Shown piece after piece: positions 1 through 10,221 of a DNA stretch of 29,817 nt (the first letter of the stretch is position 1; the number at the start of each line of letters is the position of its first letter). The notes under the pieces were generated by a model that saw only the letters and a list, made by a program, of their open reading frames with translations, did no database searches and had not been told where the DNA came from. Source of the stretch: a virus (lineage: Duplodnaviria > Caudoviricetes); IMG/VR virus record IMGVR_UViG_3300032130_000015, positions 1-29,817 of that record; one strand, written 5' to 3'. Position numbers and translations under genes: made by a program.

Positions 1-711
1 GTAGATCGACTTCGCCGCGGCGCCGGTCGAGTTGATGATCTTCGACCCGCCGGCGAACAGACACCGGACGAAGAGCACCAACCCGGTCACGCCGACATTG
101 ATCGTCACATCGCCATTGAACTCGCAGCCGTAGAACCCGACGAAGGATGAGAGCGGCGAGGCTCCGGCGTTGGCGACGGTAACAGCGCCATACATATGAC
201 AGTTATGGAACCGATTGTTGGCAACACCTCCGCCGGTCGCCGAGTTGATCGTGACCGTGCCATAGATCCCGAACCCATTGATCCGGCACTTGTTCGTCGT
301 GCCGGTCAACTCCATTCCTCGAGGGGTGACGCTATCACCGACGAAAGCGTTGGGTGAGTTCTCGACCCCGCCCACCGACTTTATGTTCAGGTAATCCTTA
401 TTGTTTACCGAGACAACGACGCCGGATGAGTTGAATGTGCCGGGTGATACGATGACCGCCTCGTTGGTCGTCGCGACCGCGTTGATCCCGGCTTGGATGT
501 CAGCGCTCGTGACGTTGACATAGTTGGTCTTGTCTTGGATCGAGGGCACCGCCGCGAGGGCTCGGGGAGCCGTGAACCATTCGTTGGTCGCGCCGCCTGG
601 CTCGAGAATGTCATCGGTGTCGAGAACGACCGCGCCGACCTTCGTATTGACCGAAGTGACCGCGCCGCCGCCGCCACCTCCGCCGGCAGGTGGTTCAATC
701 TTGATCGCCAT
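1..711 (-). CDS. Tail fibre / tailspike (beta-helix-like), 3'-truncated by the window edge; absent from the ORF track
   Basis: ATG at 711 overlaps the upstream stop (TAATG) and the frame is open for 237 codons to base 1. Translation: MAIKIEPPAGGGGGGGAVTSVNTKVGAVVLDTDDI... (phage tail-fibre VTSVNxxxGxVxL motif), then DIQAGINAVATTNEAVIVSPGTF (typical start of a parallel beta-helix) and repeats such as FHNCHMYG, FYGCEFNG, FVRCLFAG. Confidence 0.8.
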   Translation of the reverse strand, partial: MAIKIEPPAGGGGGGGAVTSVNTKVGAVVLDTDDILEPGGATNEWFTAPRALAAVPSIQDKTNYVNVTSADIQAGINAVATTNEAVIVSPGTFNSSGVVVSVNNKDYLNIKSVGGVENSPNAFVGDSVTPRGMELTGTTNKCRINGFGIYGTVTINSATGGGVANNRFHNCHMYGAVTVANAGASPLSSFVGFYGCEFNGDVTINVGVTGLVLFVRCLFAGGSKIINSTGAAAKSIY

Positions 712-1094
712 TAGTATGTCCCCCTGAAGAACTCGCCGATCACTCGGGTCGTATCCGCGCCGACCGCCTTCTTAATGCTGATCGTCGAAGGCATGCCTCC
801 TCTCAGCCCAAAGAGGGTCTGCTCATAGGCAGCACCCGCCTTGATCTGAATCTCGTTAGTCACCGGGTCGCCGGCGATGGTCCGAGCTCTCAACTTGAGA
901 TAGACCGCGCCGGTGCCGTCTGTGTTATCGATATTGACCGACCCCCAAACGAGCCCACCGATCAAGGCGGCGCCGGTCATCGAGTCTTGAGTCGAGGCCG
1001 ATGAGTAGTCGATCCAATCGGTTGACACCGTTGTGTCACTCGATCCGACGTACTCGGCGGCAGTCGTTGGCGAAAGAATTCGGTTCCCAAACAT
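711..1094 (-). CDS. Hypothetical virion-associated protein (127 aa, beta-rich)
   Basis: AGGAG SD upstream of ATG 1094; coupled to the fibre gene by TAATG; lies in the tail module. Confidence 0.7.
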   Translation of the reverse strand: MFGNRILSPTTAAEYVGSSDTTVSTDWIDYSSASTQDSMTGAALIGGLVWGSVNIDNTDGTGAVYLKLRARTIAGDPVTNEIQIKAGAAYEQTLFGLRGGMPSTISIKKAVGADTTRVIGEFFRGTY

Positions 1095-1109
1095 GATCTA
1101 GTCTCCTGA

Positions 1110-1874
1110 TTATTGGTCGAAGTCGGTCGCGACCGGTCGATAGATTTTGGCGATTGATGTGACGACGCGCGAGTTCCGAACGACCCCCTCACCTCGGGTG
1201 CCATCGGGGAAATATCCCCAGGCATTGCCTTCAATCGTCGCGAACGTGCCGCCCTTGGTGTCGACGTCGACACACAAAACGATATGAGATCCCTGCTCGC
1301 GGGCCACCGATCCGGCATTCTGGACGGTGACGATGTCACCCGCTTGAGGCCATATGGCCGGCAGCATCTTCTCGGGCATCGACCCACCCATGAGTCGATC
1401 CGTACCACCCCAATCTCGCCAGAGTCGAGAGCATGAAGGCAGGGTGTACTTGCGGGCCCGAGCGGTCATCTCGGCGCCGAGCCCGTAACAGTAGGCCGCG
1501 AATGCGCCGCACCAACTGAACGATTGAGGCTGGTAGGCTCGCCGCTCGTTCAAGTTCCGGACGTCGGCCGAACCCCAGCCGAGGCCATGCTCGCCCCGGA
1601 TATACTCATCGATCCGAACGGCGCCCGAGTCATCATCTCTGATGTCTGCGATCCACTCCGACTCGGCGACGGCGACCACGGCCGCGGCGAAGGCGTTCGG
1701 GTGCCGGCTCATCATGGCCGGTGCGCGCTTCAATATTGGGTCGAGGTCGGCATAGAGTTGAGTCATCTCGCGGTAAGTCTGGCGAAGCATGGTCCGCATT
1801 CGCTCGACCTGCTCGAGGAGCTCCTCGCGGGTCGGCTCGGTCGGCGCTGGCTTCTTCTTGGTTGGCCTCTTCAT
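1110..1874 (-). CDS. CHAP-family cysteine/histidine peptidoglycan peptidase with N-terminal helical extension (endolysin or virion lysin)
   Basis: FSWCGAFAAYCY (catalytic Cys), PQAGDIV, SHIVLC (His) and TIEGN appear in CHAP motif order; ATGA overlap with the upstream tail gene. Confidence 0.8.
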   Translation of the reverse strand: MKRPTKKKPAPTEPTREELLEQVERMRTMLRQTYREMTQLYADLDPILKRAPAMMSRHPNAFAAAVVAVAESEWIADIRDDDSGAVRIDEYIRGEHGLGWGSADVRNLNERRAYQPQSFSWCGAFAAYCYGLGAEMTARARKYTLPSCSRLWRDWGGTDRLMGGSMPEKMLPAIWPQAGDIVTVQNAGSVAREQGSHIVLCVDVDTKGGTFATIEGNAWGYFPDGTRGEGVVRNSRVVTSIAKIYRPVATDFDQ

Positions 1875-4800
1875 AAATAATTTTTCCCATCATCATTGGC
1901 CGCGCCGAGCTTGCCGGCGGCGTCTGCTAGGTATGCTTGCAGCTGCCTGGCCGAGGTTGCGTTGTCATAGGTCGGTGGCTCAATCGTGCCGCCGGTCGCC
2001 ACAAGCCCATGAGCCGCGTTGAAGACGATCCGGTTCGCGGCGATGTCGACCGAGTTGATCGTGTGACTGGTTCGGGCGTCATGGTCTCCGGCCGGCAAGT
2101 GATCGACCTGAGCACCCGGCCCGAACCCTTGAATATCCTTGAGCGGGTCGCCGGTCGGCGAGACGTCGCTGAAGGTGTTAGCGTCGACGATCACCGAGGT
2201 CGGTGAGTCGATGGCGGCGACCAAGGCGGCCGCGTTCCACCCGGCGCCGAGTGTGCCATAGTACATCAGCTCGAGGTGGGTACCCTCGCCCATCAAGTCG
2301 ACCGTCGAAGAGGTGACGAGCGCCCGAACATCTTCGACCCCCCATGAATCATCATAGCCTCGGAGGTGGCTCGAGGTCAGCGAGTAGACCGACCCGACCT
2401 CACCCCGAAGACCCCGGCCGGTGCCGACCCCTCCGCTGAACGTCCGGACCGGTGCACCGTACAAGTTAAAAATCCGGCTGAAGAGGGGTCGGAAGATGGC
2501 GAGGGTCGACGCGGCATCTTCCCAGTCGACCCGGTTCAGCTCGAGCCCGGGCAGGGTGAGCTCGAGCGGTCGGACCTCACCCGATAGGGCGCCGATGGAT
2601 CGTTGATTGTTGATCGTGGTCTCGCTTCGATACTCTTCGGCCTCCGAGTCATAGTCGGCGAGGATCTCGAGCGAGTTGACGATGGTATCGGCCGCACCCC
2701 AGATCGGCGGGTCGTCGGTCAGCCAGTCTCCTTCGGCGATGGTGCCGGCCGAGGTGTCTGAGTACTCGGCACCGATGGCGACCGCGCCGAGAACACATCG
2801 ACCATCGGCGAGTCGGCGCATGACCAGGGCATACCCCAAGGCTTTAAGGATCGGGTCGATGACCTCGCGGACGCTGACCCCGTCGCCGGGCAGGGCGAGC
2901 CGCCACAAGTCGAGCCCAAGCGGAGCGGTGATTGCCTCGATGGAGGTGACGTCGAGATCAGCCGTGGTCAGTCCGGCGCCATAGCTCAGGACATCATAAG
3001 TCGGATCGTTGATCTGACCACCCCCGCCCGAGAGCAGAAGTCGGAGGATCAGACCACCCGGCGTCAGCCCGTCGAGGTAGCTGCCGAGCTTGATCTCACA
3101 TCTCGGCGACCCGGGCCAATCGCCGAACGATCCGACCCGCTGGCTCGGTGGTAGGGTGAAGGGGTTAACCCTGACCGCGTAGCCAATGACCTGACCCCCC
3201 GAGCTCACTGCCGCCGAGGTGAAGGCCTCCATCATCCTCGACTTGGTCGCCTGCTCGGCTCGGTCGAAGTAAGTGATCTGAAGATAGTAGACGGTCGACG
3301 GGTCGACGATGGCCGGCAGGATCAACGGGTCGGAGACGAGGACATACCTCTCGCCGAGCTGATAATACCCTCGGGCGATCCCCCGGATCGTTTGGCGCAT
3401 GGTCGCCGGCGATGGCATGTGATGGCGATAGACCCGCTGAGATCCGCCGTCGACATCATTCTGCCAATCGATCACGAAATGATCATCGCCGGCCGGAGCG
3501 TAGTCGATGGCATAGTTGAGCCGCCGATCATTCGTCATCATCGGCCAAGGCCCGCCGACCGGGTCCCAAAGCATCGCCGGCAGGGCCGCGCCGTCCTGAA
3601 GGGTCTGATGTGCCAAGAACTTGTCAGTCCAGAACCCAACCCCGAACCGACCGCCGACGACCGGCGCCGCGGTATTCCAAGCGGCGTTGAGCTTGGGCTC
3701 GGCGGTGTGAATGTCGGCGAAGGTCAGCCGAAGCCAGGCACCCCCGATCCCGGCATGGGTGACTGGTTGGGCCGCGTTGAAGTCGTTGAGTAGGTCGGGC
3801 CACTCCCGAAGCTCGGCCGCCGACCCGAGGGGTAGGATCTCATACCTCTGAAGCTCGAGGGGGTTGAGTAGGATGATATCCTGACCGACCGACGGCGCCC
3901 AAAGGCCGACCGGGAAGAAGTATCCGGTGTGAGGTGGTACCGCCGGCGAGTAGGCGCTCGGCTCTTCGGCGACGTTGAAGTCTCGGAAGCCGATGAACCG
4001 ACCTGACCTCGGGTGTCGGTCCTCAAGAGTGATGTCAAATATCTGCTGATGGTTGTGACCACCCGACAAAGTGATCTCGCCGGTCGCCGCGTTGAACGCT
4101 GTGATCTGGCCCGAGACGGTCGGGAAGGTGGTGCCGAGCTCTGACTCAAGAGTACCTTGGGCATGCTCGATCACACATCCTTTATCACTCTCGAAGTAGT
4201 GCCAACCCTGCCGAAGGGTGGTCGAGTATCCCTGCTCGGAGGCGATCTCGTTGTCTAACATTGCGGTGATCGGGACTAGGTCGAGAGCGATTGAAGTGTC
4301 GCTGTCCACCCGAGGTGAGGTGTCGATGAACCCCCTCATGATCTCGGTGTATGGGGTGGTCGTGCCATCATCTCGAAGGGTGGCGGCGTAAAGGGTCGCC
4401 CGCCTTGACCTCCAGTTGGTGACGTGGTTGGTCGCCTCGGGGATCAGCCCGACTTCGTTGATCACATGATTCTGCTTGGTCGATCCGCCGACCCCTCGCT
4501 CGATGATCCGGACCTCTTCCCAAGTGCCATGACTAACACTCGAGGTCTTCGTGAAAGTCTCGGCGCCGATATGAACTAAGGTCGGGTTGCCCGGGAAGTT
4601 GCCCGACCCCTCGACCTCGATGTCGAAGGGTGGCAGCTCCCGGTGAAGGATCGAGGCCCGAAGCTGAGCGCTCGTCACCGAGGCAGCTCGCCGACCAAGC
4701 CGGCCGAAGATGGTCGACGGGTCAGTCTCGCCGCCGAACCGGTCGACCGCGAGCGTGATCGTGATCGGGTCGTAGGTCGCAACCCCCCCGATCACGTCGA

Positions 4801-4984
4801 GCCGAGACGAGTACTGACTGACCGAGACGAGGGAGTTGACGTCGGTGTATGGCACCGCGGCGACTGCGCTGATCTGCCCGCCGAGGTGGGCGGCCGGCGA
4901 TGGTCCGGAGTGGTACCGGACCGGCACCCCGGCGATGACCAGGCAGAAGACCCGGCGCTGATGATCTGAGTAGATGTCAGTCAT
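1871..4984 (-). CDS. Large tail-tip / hub protein (1037 aa)
   Basis: Long ORF downstream of the tape measure, with ATGA overlaps at both ends. The C-terminal half has a hub-like pattern (...DTIVNSLEILADYD...SIGALSGEVRPLELTLPGL...GEVGSVYSLT). Function is inferred mainly from position. Confidence 0.7.
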   Translation of the reverse strand: MTDIYSDHQRRVFCLVIAGVPVRYHSGPSPAAHLGGQISAVAAVPYTDVNSLVSVSQYSSRLDVIGGVATYDPITITLAVDRFGGETDPSTIFGRLGRRAASVTSAQLRASILHRELPPFDIEVEGSGNFPGNPTLVHIGAETFTKTSSVSHGTWEEVRIIERGVGGSTKQNHVINEVGLIPEATNHVTNWRSRRATLYAATLRDDGTTTPYTEIMRGFIDTSPRVDSDTSIALDLVPITAMLDNEIASEQGYSTTLRQGWHYFESDKGCVIEHAQGTLESELGTTFPTVSGQITAFNAATGEITLSGGHNHQQIFDITLEDRHPRSGRFIGFRDFNVAEEPSAYSPAVPPHTGYFFPVGLWAPSVGQDIILLNPLELQRYEILPLGSAAELREWPDLLNDFNAAQPVTHAGIGGAWLRLTFADIHTAEPKLNAAWNTAAPVVGGRFGVGFWTDKFLAHQTLQDGAALPAMLWDPVGGPWPMMTNDRRLNYAIDYAPAGDDHFVIDWQNDVDGGSQRVYRHHMPSPATMRQTIRGIARGYYQLGERYVLVSDPLILPAIVDPSTVYYLQITYFDRAEQATKSRMMEAFTSAAVSSGGQVIGYAVRVNPFTLPPSQRVGSFGDWPGSPRCEIKLGSYLDGLTPGGLILRLLLSGGGGQINDPTYDVLSYGAGLTTADLDVTSIEAITAPLGLDLWRLALPGDGVSVREVIDPILKALGYALVMRRLADGRCVLGAVAIGAEYSDTSAGTIAEGDWLTDDPPIWGAADTIVNSLEILADYDSEAEEYRSETTINNQRSIGALSGEVRPLELTLPGLELNRVDWEDAASTLAIFRPLFSRIFNLYGAPVRTFSGGVGTGRGLRGEVGSVYSLTSSHLRGYDDSWGVEDVRALVTSSTVDLMGEGTHLELMYYGTLGAGWNAAALVAAIDSPTSVIVDANTFSDVSPTGDPLKDIQGFGPGAQVDHLPAGDHDARTSHTINSVDIAANRIVFNAAHGLVATGGTIEPPTYDNATSARQLQAYLADAAGKLGAANDDGKNYL

Positions 4985-5628
4985 ACCACCTCACCTTCAA
5001 ACATCTCGAAGATGTCAATCGACTCCGGGTTAAGGTCGACGCAGGTCAGCCGAAGCATGAGGGGTTCACCTCGATAGTTCGGAGGCTTCAGGGTTGAGGT
5101 GTCATCGGGCACAAAGAGACACCGAGGGGTCGTCGCCGCGCCGAGGGCGACGTTGGCGCCTCGGGTCCGAGTGCCGGTCGAAAGGGTCGACCTTGGGTAG
5201 TTACCGCCCCGATCTTCGGGCAAGATGTGACCATTGACCTGAGACCAAGTGCACCCGCCATCGATGCAAGTTGGCGCCGCGCCATAGGTCCAGAGCTCCA
5301 TTAGGATCGATGATGCACCTGACCTCGAGGCAGTGCACTCGATGATCGCGCCGATGTACCGACCCATGATCGACGGCGTGAACGGTACCTCGAGAGTTTG
5401 GGTCGAGGCCGGCGCCCGCCAATTGATCGCCGAACCCGACAGGGCATTGTCGGGCAAGTTGATCCGAAGGTAAGTGAATGAATGGTGACTCACCCGCCGA
5501 TACCTCGCGGCCGCCTGATAGAGGGCGACGTCGGCGAGTCGGCTGATCCCTCCGCCGGTGACGGGTCGCTGCCACTTGGTTGACTGGGTCGGAGGTGGCG
5601 CCAAGATCTGACGGGTCGGTCGGCTCAT
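4981..5628 (-). CDS. Minor tail protein (215 aa)
   Basis: Start moved to ATG 5628 (ATGA overlap with the upstream stop; GGAGG at 5636-5640); lies in the tail module. Confidence 0.65.
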   Translation of the reverse strand: MSRPTRQILAPPPTQSTKWQRPVTGGGISRLADVALYQAAARYRRVSHHSFTYLRINLPDNALSGSAINWRAPASTQTLEVPFTPSIMGRYIGAIIECTASRSGASSILMELWTYGAAPTCIDGGCTWSQVNGHILPEDRGGNYPRSTLSTGTRTRGANVALGAATTPRCLFVPDDTSTLKPPNYRGEPLMLRLTCVDLNPESIDIFEMFEGEVV

Positions 5629-6680
5629 GTGATCACCTCCCAATACACAAATGATTTGACCGGAGCGATGATCAGGGTCGCGCCGCCGCCGACCTCGATA
5701 TTGATGTAGGGAGCCGCGTTCATCTCATCCGAGATCAGAGGGTAGCCCCAATACGGCGGAGTCTCGGAGACGTCGAGCGCCGACCAGGTCAGAGTGATCC
5801 AACCCGATTGGCCGGCGAGGATGTTCGAGACCTGACCTTCGGCCCATTGAACAACCCGAGGGAACCCGATGGTCTCGTCGATGTTGGCGTGTAGAACATA
5901 GCTGACCCCTTGGGCCCGAGCTTCGGCCCATGCCTGACCCCGTTGCCTTTGCCCAACGGTCTGATCCCACATCCAATGCTCGCCGGCCCGAGGCTTGTAG
6001 GCCTGGTTGCCGGTCAGCCCTGACCAGTTAGAGATCACCCGAGGTCGACGGTTGATCGCGTCAAGGGTGTTGATCAGCTCATGACCTCGCGAGCTCGTCA
6101 ATGGGTAGTCGATCCCGAGTGAGGTGGTACCCATCGGGGTCGCCACCTTCCCTCCGGTCGTCGAGGTGCCGGCCGCGAGGGGTGAGGTAAGGGGGGTGTA
6201 TGAGATCGTGATCGAGTTGACGTCGACGTCGCCGGCGGCAGCTGCCAGGCTCATCGTGATCGTGTCGTAGGTTGCCGCGCCGGGTGCACCGATGTTGAGA
6301 GTCGCGTCATACCAACCATCGACCGCCGAGTTGATGTTGACGCTGACCGTCGCCGCGTTCAGCGCCGAGTGGATCGTGACCGTACCCAAAGAGGCCGAGG
6401 CCGCCGCGTTGATCTGAATCGTCAGATCTTGGTGGATGCTCGACAAGACCGGCACCCGCCACTCACAGATCTGGATCGTCGCGCCGTTCCAAGCACAACA
6501 ATCTTCAGCCCAAGATTGGCTGATGATCGGTTGACCCGCGCCGGCATTGGCGATCAGATAGTTGGTGAGGTTGCCAACCCTTGACGGCGTCTCGGCCTTG
6601 ATCACCATGCCCGACGAGGTCGCCGAGGGGTCAGGTAGGATCGCGGCCGATGAATGCGGATCGGTGTAGGTGTTAGCCAT
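5625..6680 (-). CDS. Minor tail protein (351 aa, beta-sandwich-like composition)
   Basis: TGATG coupling at 6680; T/S/A/G/W-rich; lies in the tail module. Confidence 0.65.
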   Translation of the reverse strand: MANTYTDPHSSAAILPDPSATSSGMVIKAETPSRVGNLTNYLIANAGAGQPIISQSWAEDCCAWNGATIQICEWRVPVLSSIHQDLTIQINAAASASLGTVTIHSALNAATVSVNINSAVDGWYDATLNIGAPGAATYDTITMSLAAAAGDVDVNSITISYTPLTSPLAAGTSTTGGKVATPMGTTSLGIDYPLTSSRGHELINTLDAINRRPRVISNWSGLTGNQAYKPRAGEHWMWDQTVGQRQRGQAWAEARAQGVSYVLHANIDETIGFPRVVQWAEGQVSNILAGQSGWITLTWSALDVSETPPYWGYPLISDEMNAAPYINIEVGGGATLIIAPVKSFVYWEVIT

Positions 6681-7918
6681 CAGAGTTCCTCGATCCGGAT
6701 CGTGATCGGAGATCGGCGGCGAAGGCGTTGAGGGTAGGTCAGCTGGTAAGGGCCGGTCGATGACATTGACCCCCTGACCCTACCCCTGAACCCATTCTCT
6801 TCGCTGGTATAGAGGAGGTCATAGGCCCGTTGGGAGTCGGTCACATCATCCTCGGCGAGGGCTCGCCGACTATCACCCCAGTCTTGATAGACATTGATCC
6901 GAGCGCCTTGGTTGATGTACCCGACGAAGTGGTTGGTGAAGTGCCGGGTCAGGTCTTTAATGTCGGCCGGCCCATCAACAAAGAGCCGGATCGTCTCGCC
7001 AACATATGACCCGATCCGATTCGACACCCAACCCCCCGAGATCTTCCGCCGACCCGATGAGACCAGATCGACATTGTACTCTTGAGACTCCATCGGCCTC
7101 GACGGGATCAAGAGACCCGGCAAGGGGTTGGCCGCGGTCAGGGTATAGAGACCGATTGACCCATCATAGACGAGGGCATCTCGGCCGAGGTCGGCGACGA
7201 CTCCGGTGAATCCGAGTCGATCTCGAAAGGTGGTCGAGACCCAAGTGATCGCCGAGATCCCGTTTGGGTAAGTGCAATAGACATGCCCATCGCCATCGAT
7301 CCCCCACCTGATCCGCTTGGTCGCTGGGTCGTTGGCGGCGTTGTCCAAGACCGCGAGGTTGGTCGTCGGCAGGGTGTCGTCGTCGTCGCCGTTGCCGAGT
7401 ATCCTCAGATAGGTCGGGACGTCTTGCACCCGTTGCACGACGGTCGCGGCCGGTGCCTTGAAGCTCGCCGCACCTTGGGTGAAGAAGACCATCGGCTGCT
7501 CGAGGTTGCCCCGAAGCCAATTGATCGGCATGTCGACGACATGCTCACCGAGGATGAAGGCCGAGTTGACGGTGCCGCCGAGACCTGACCAGTCCGGCCC
7601 GGTGATCCCAAGGCTGAAGGCGGCCGCGCCGGCGCCGCTCACCTTGACCCTAAGCTTATCATTCCGCTCGAGACTGACCGCCCAAGTGCCGCCGATCCCT
7701 TGGGTCGCGAGCTCGGCGGCGAGCTGCTCGCCGAAGGTGTTGCCGACCTCCGACCCCCGACCATTCAGAAAGGTCAAGGCATCTTCGACCGGCACCGTCC
7801 AGGCGGCCGATCCGGTCACGTTGGTCGCACCTCGGCGAAAGATGATCTCACCCGCCCAAGGGGTCGGATCGAATGATGACATTAGGCCGAATGTCGGCGC
7901 ACTATCTAGCCTAGGCAT
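6680..7918 (-). CDS. Tail protein immediately after the tape measure (distal-tail-protein position)
   Basis: ATG 7918 overlaps the end of the TMP gene; synteny only. Confidence 0.6.
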   Translation of the reverse strand: MPRLDSAPTFGLMSSFDPTPWAGEIIFRRGATNVTGSAAWTVPVEDALTFLNGRGSEVGNTFGEQLAAELATQGIGGTWAVSLERNDKLRVKVSGAGAAAFSLGITGPDWSGLGGTVNSAFILGEHVVDMPINWLRGNLEQPMVFFTQGAASFKAPAATVVQRVQDVPTYLRILGNGDDDDTLPTTNLAVLDNAANDPATKRIRWGIDGDGHVYCTYPNGISAITWVSTTFRDRLGFTGVVADLGRDALVYDGSIGLYTLTAANPLPGLLIPSRPMESQEYNVDLVSSGRRKISGGWVSNRIGSYVGETIRLFVDGPADIKDLTRHFTNHFVGYINQGARINVYQDWGDSRRALAEDDVTDSQRAYDLLYTSEENGFRGRVRGSMSSTGPYQLTYPQRLRRRSPITIRIEEL

Positions 7919-9833
7919 AAGCACTTCCCCGTCGAGTGGTTCGGAGCATTGGCCGACCTCGGCCTCGGTCGTTCATTGCCCGAGTGACTCGGGCGGCGAG
8001 CGCTTGGCTCGCGGCATACTCCGAGTCGTAGACATCGCCGGCGAAGTTGACGTTGATCACGGTCGGCCCGCCACCGGCGCCGGGGTCTCGGTCGAATGTT
8101 GATCGGTCCGGTTCGGCGGTCGGTGCCGGCGCTGAGCTCCCAGCCGATCCACCCCCGAGGCCACCTGAGATCCCAGCCGCGACCCCTCCGACCGTCGCGA
8201 AGATGGCGGCCGCCTTGAAGTGGGCGGCTGACCCGGCGACGTCGCCGACCGCGAGTCGGGCGATCCCCTTGGCGGTCTGCATCAACCCCGAGACGAAGGC
8301 CTCCTTCGCCGCACTCGCCGCAAGCTCTTTGAGCATCGCCGAGAAGGATGCGCCGGCCATCAAGGCGTCGACCGCGGCCGCGGCGAACCCCTCGCCGACC
8401 CCGGCCAACATGCTGTCGAGGCCATCGAGTGAGCTCTTCATCGCTTCGGCCGCCTTCATCGTCGATGAGGTCATGATCGAGAGCGAGCCCGAGATCCCAT
8501 CTGATAGGGCATCAAGCCGACTATCGAATGCGGCAATCCCGGCGGCCGCCTGAGTCTGGATCTGGGCATCAATCGCTTCAAGCTTAAGCGCGAAGGCGAC
8601 CCGCTCATTGATCTCGGCGGCATACAGTTCGGCCGCCCGCCTCGCCGTCTCCTCTTCAGCGATGCGCCGGCGGTCGGCGAAGTCGGTCCGGATCTTCAGC
8701 TCTTCATGAAGGCCCGCCTCGACTATCATCCACCGACTCTTCTCCTTCTCGGCAGCCCGAGCCGAGGTCTTGTCGATGGCCTTCATCCGTTGCTCATTGG
8801 CGAGCTCGAGCACGGCGAGCGCCTTCTCTTCTTCATCCTCGATCATCGAGACCCGAAGGGCTTCTCGCTGAACGCTCAGCGCCTCCTCGTCGGCGAGCAT
8901 CTTGAGCCACGCCGCTCGGCGCTTGTTGGCGAGGTCGGTCGCCCGCTTCGCCTCCTCCTCGGCCCGCTTCTTCTGGGCATCGGCACCCCGCTCTTCGATC
9001 CGCTCTCGGATCGCCTCGAGCCGCTTCGCCGCGTCGATGGCCGCTTGAGACAATTGTTCAACGCTCGTGTCCTTCCCCAACTCCTCGAGTTCAGCCCGGG
9101 TCTCGGCGATCTCTTTGTTCAGGTGTCGGGTTGCGCTTGTCGTGTTGGCGACCTCGCTACTTAAGGTGGAGTACCCACCCGCCAAAGCTGCCATCGGGCC
9201 GAGCTGCTCTCGGCGCCGATCCTGCTCGGTGGCGTAGGCCGACTCCGCCGCGGTGAGCTCTTCAAGTTGAACCTTCAGCCGCTTCTGAAGGCTGATCTCC
9301 TTTTGGGCCGCCTTGACCGATTCCTTCTGAGCTTCGGTCAGATCTTCCTTCGCCGACTTGTACTCGACCTGAGCTCGGGTCAGTTCCTCGAGCTCGGATC
9401 GGGTCAGCTTGATCGCCTTGTCTCGAAACTCATCGAACTGGCCAGTCATTTCTTCGATGGCGGCAGTGAGCTTCTCGGCCTGTTCGGTCGCGCCGCTCAT
9501 CGAGTCATACATTAATTTAATGGCGTAGACAGTCCCGACGACGGCCGTCGCGATCAAGGCGATTGGTCCGAGCAGAGCAGTCATACTTGGCGCCGCCGCC
9601 GCTGTCGCTGACTTCAATCCTTCAACCCCGAGGGCAAGCGCCATCACTGACCCCGAGGCCATACCCAACCCGCCGCTCATGTCCGCCGACATCGCCGCCA
9701 TCGCCGCCGAGGCCGCGCCGAATTGGGCGCCCATATTATTCGTCGAAGCGGTGATCTTGTCGAGATCCATCTTGGCCTTCTTCGCCCCGATGACGTCGAC
9801 TTGGACTTGAACCTTATTGGCTTGGGTCGCCAT
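7911..9833 (-). CDS. Tape measure protein (640 aa)
   Basis: N-terminal MATQANKVQVQVDVIGA, Ala/Gly-rich hydrophobic stretch, long E/K/R/A coiled coil and Gly-rich C-terminus with PTVINVNFAGDV; follows the tail tube and chaperones. Confidence 0.88.
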   Translation of the reverse strand: MATQANKVQVQVDVIGAKKAKMDLDKITASTNNMGAQFGAASAAMAAMSADMSGGLGMASGSVMALALGVEGLKSATAAAAPSMTALLGPIALIATAVVGTVYAIKLMYDSMSGATEQAEKLTAAIEEMTGQFDEFRDKAIKLTRSELEELTRAQVEYKSAKEDLTEAQKESVKAAQKEISLQKRLKVQLEELTAAESAYATEQDRRREQLGPMAALAGGYSTLSSEVANTTSATRHLNKEIAETRAELEELGKDTSVEQLSQAAIDAAKRLEAIRERIEERGADAQKKRAEEEAKRATDLANKRRAAWLKMLADEEALSVQREALRVSMIEDEEEKALAVLELANEQRMKAIDKTSARAAEKEKSRWMIVEAGLHEELKIRTDFADRRRIAEEETARRAAELYAAEINERVAFALKLEAIDAQIQTQAAAGIAAFDSRLDALSDGISGSLSIMTSSTMKAAEAMKSSLDGLDSMLAGVGEGFAAAAVDALMAGASFSAMLKELAASAAKEAFVSGLMQTAKGIARLAVGDVAGSAAHFKAAAIFATVGGVAAGISGGLGGGSAGSSAPAPTAEPDRSTFDRDPGAGGGPTVINVNFAGDVYDSEYAASQALAARVTRAMNDRGRGRPMLRTTRRGSAYA

Positions 9834-10221
9834 GTGCCGCCTCCATATCTCTCTGGTGTGCCAACCTCGACGAGTGACCGAGCGCCGAGAGCGCCTCGAC
9901 CAGTCCCGAGGTCGGCCGGCGGATGAGGTCGCCGAGGGTTAACCCGTCGACCTTCAGCGCTCGGTAAATCTGGTAGATGTCGGCGAACGCCATCGACCCG
10001 GCGACCGGGCAACGGTCGAAGGATTCTTCGGCGAACTCCGGATCGGAGTCAGGTGCGATCCGATAGCCAGGCACCCGACCATCTCGAAGATGGGGTAGAC
10101 CTCGGCCGAACGGCTCGACCCCACAATTACCCCGGCGTCGACGCAGCTCGGGTGACTGATCGCAGTCTTGGCACGACCAAGCTCGACCACTCCGAGACAA
10201 CCAAACGCCAGCGATGATCAT
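9814..10221 (-). CDS. Tail assembly chaperone, lambda gpT-like second ORF (probably also expressed as a G-T frameshift fusion); Cys-rich
   Basis: Lies between the first chaperone and the TMP, in the -1 frame relative to 10218..10745 at an A9 run; CxxC...C...CP motif (WSCQDC, GNCG, RCPV). Confidence 0.7.
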   Translation of the reverse strand: MIIAGVWLSRSGRAWSCQDCDQSPELRRRRGNCGVEPFGRGLPHLRDGRVPGYRIAPDSDPEFAEESFDRCPVAGSMAFADIYQIYRALKVDGLTLGDLIRRPTSGLVEALSALGHSSRLAHQRDMEAAHGDPSQ

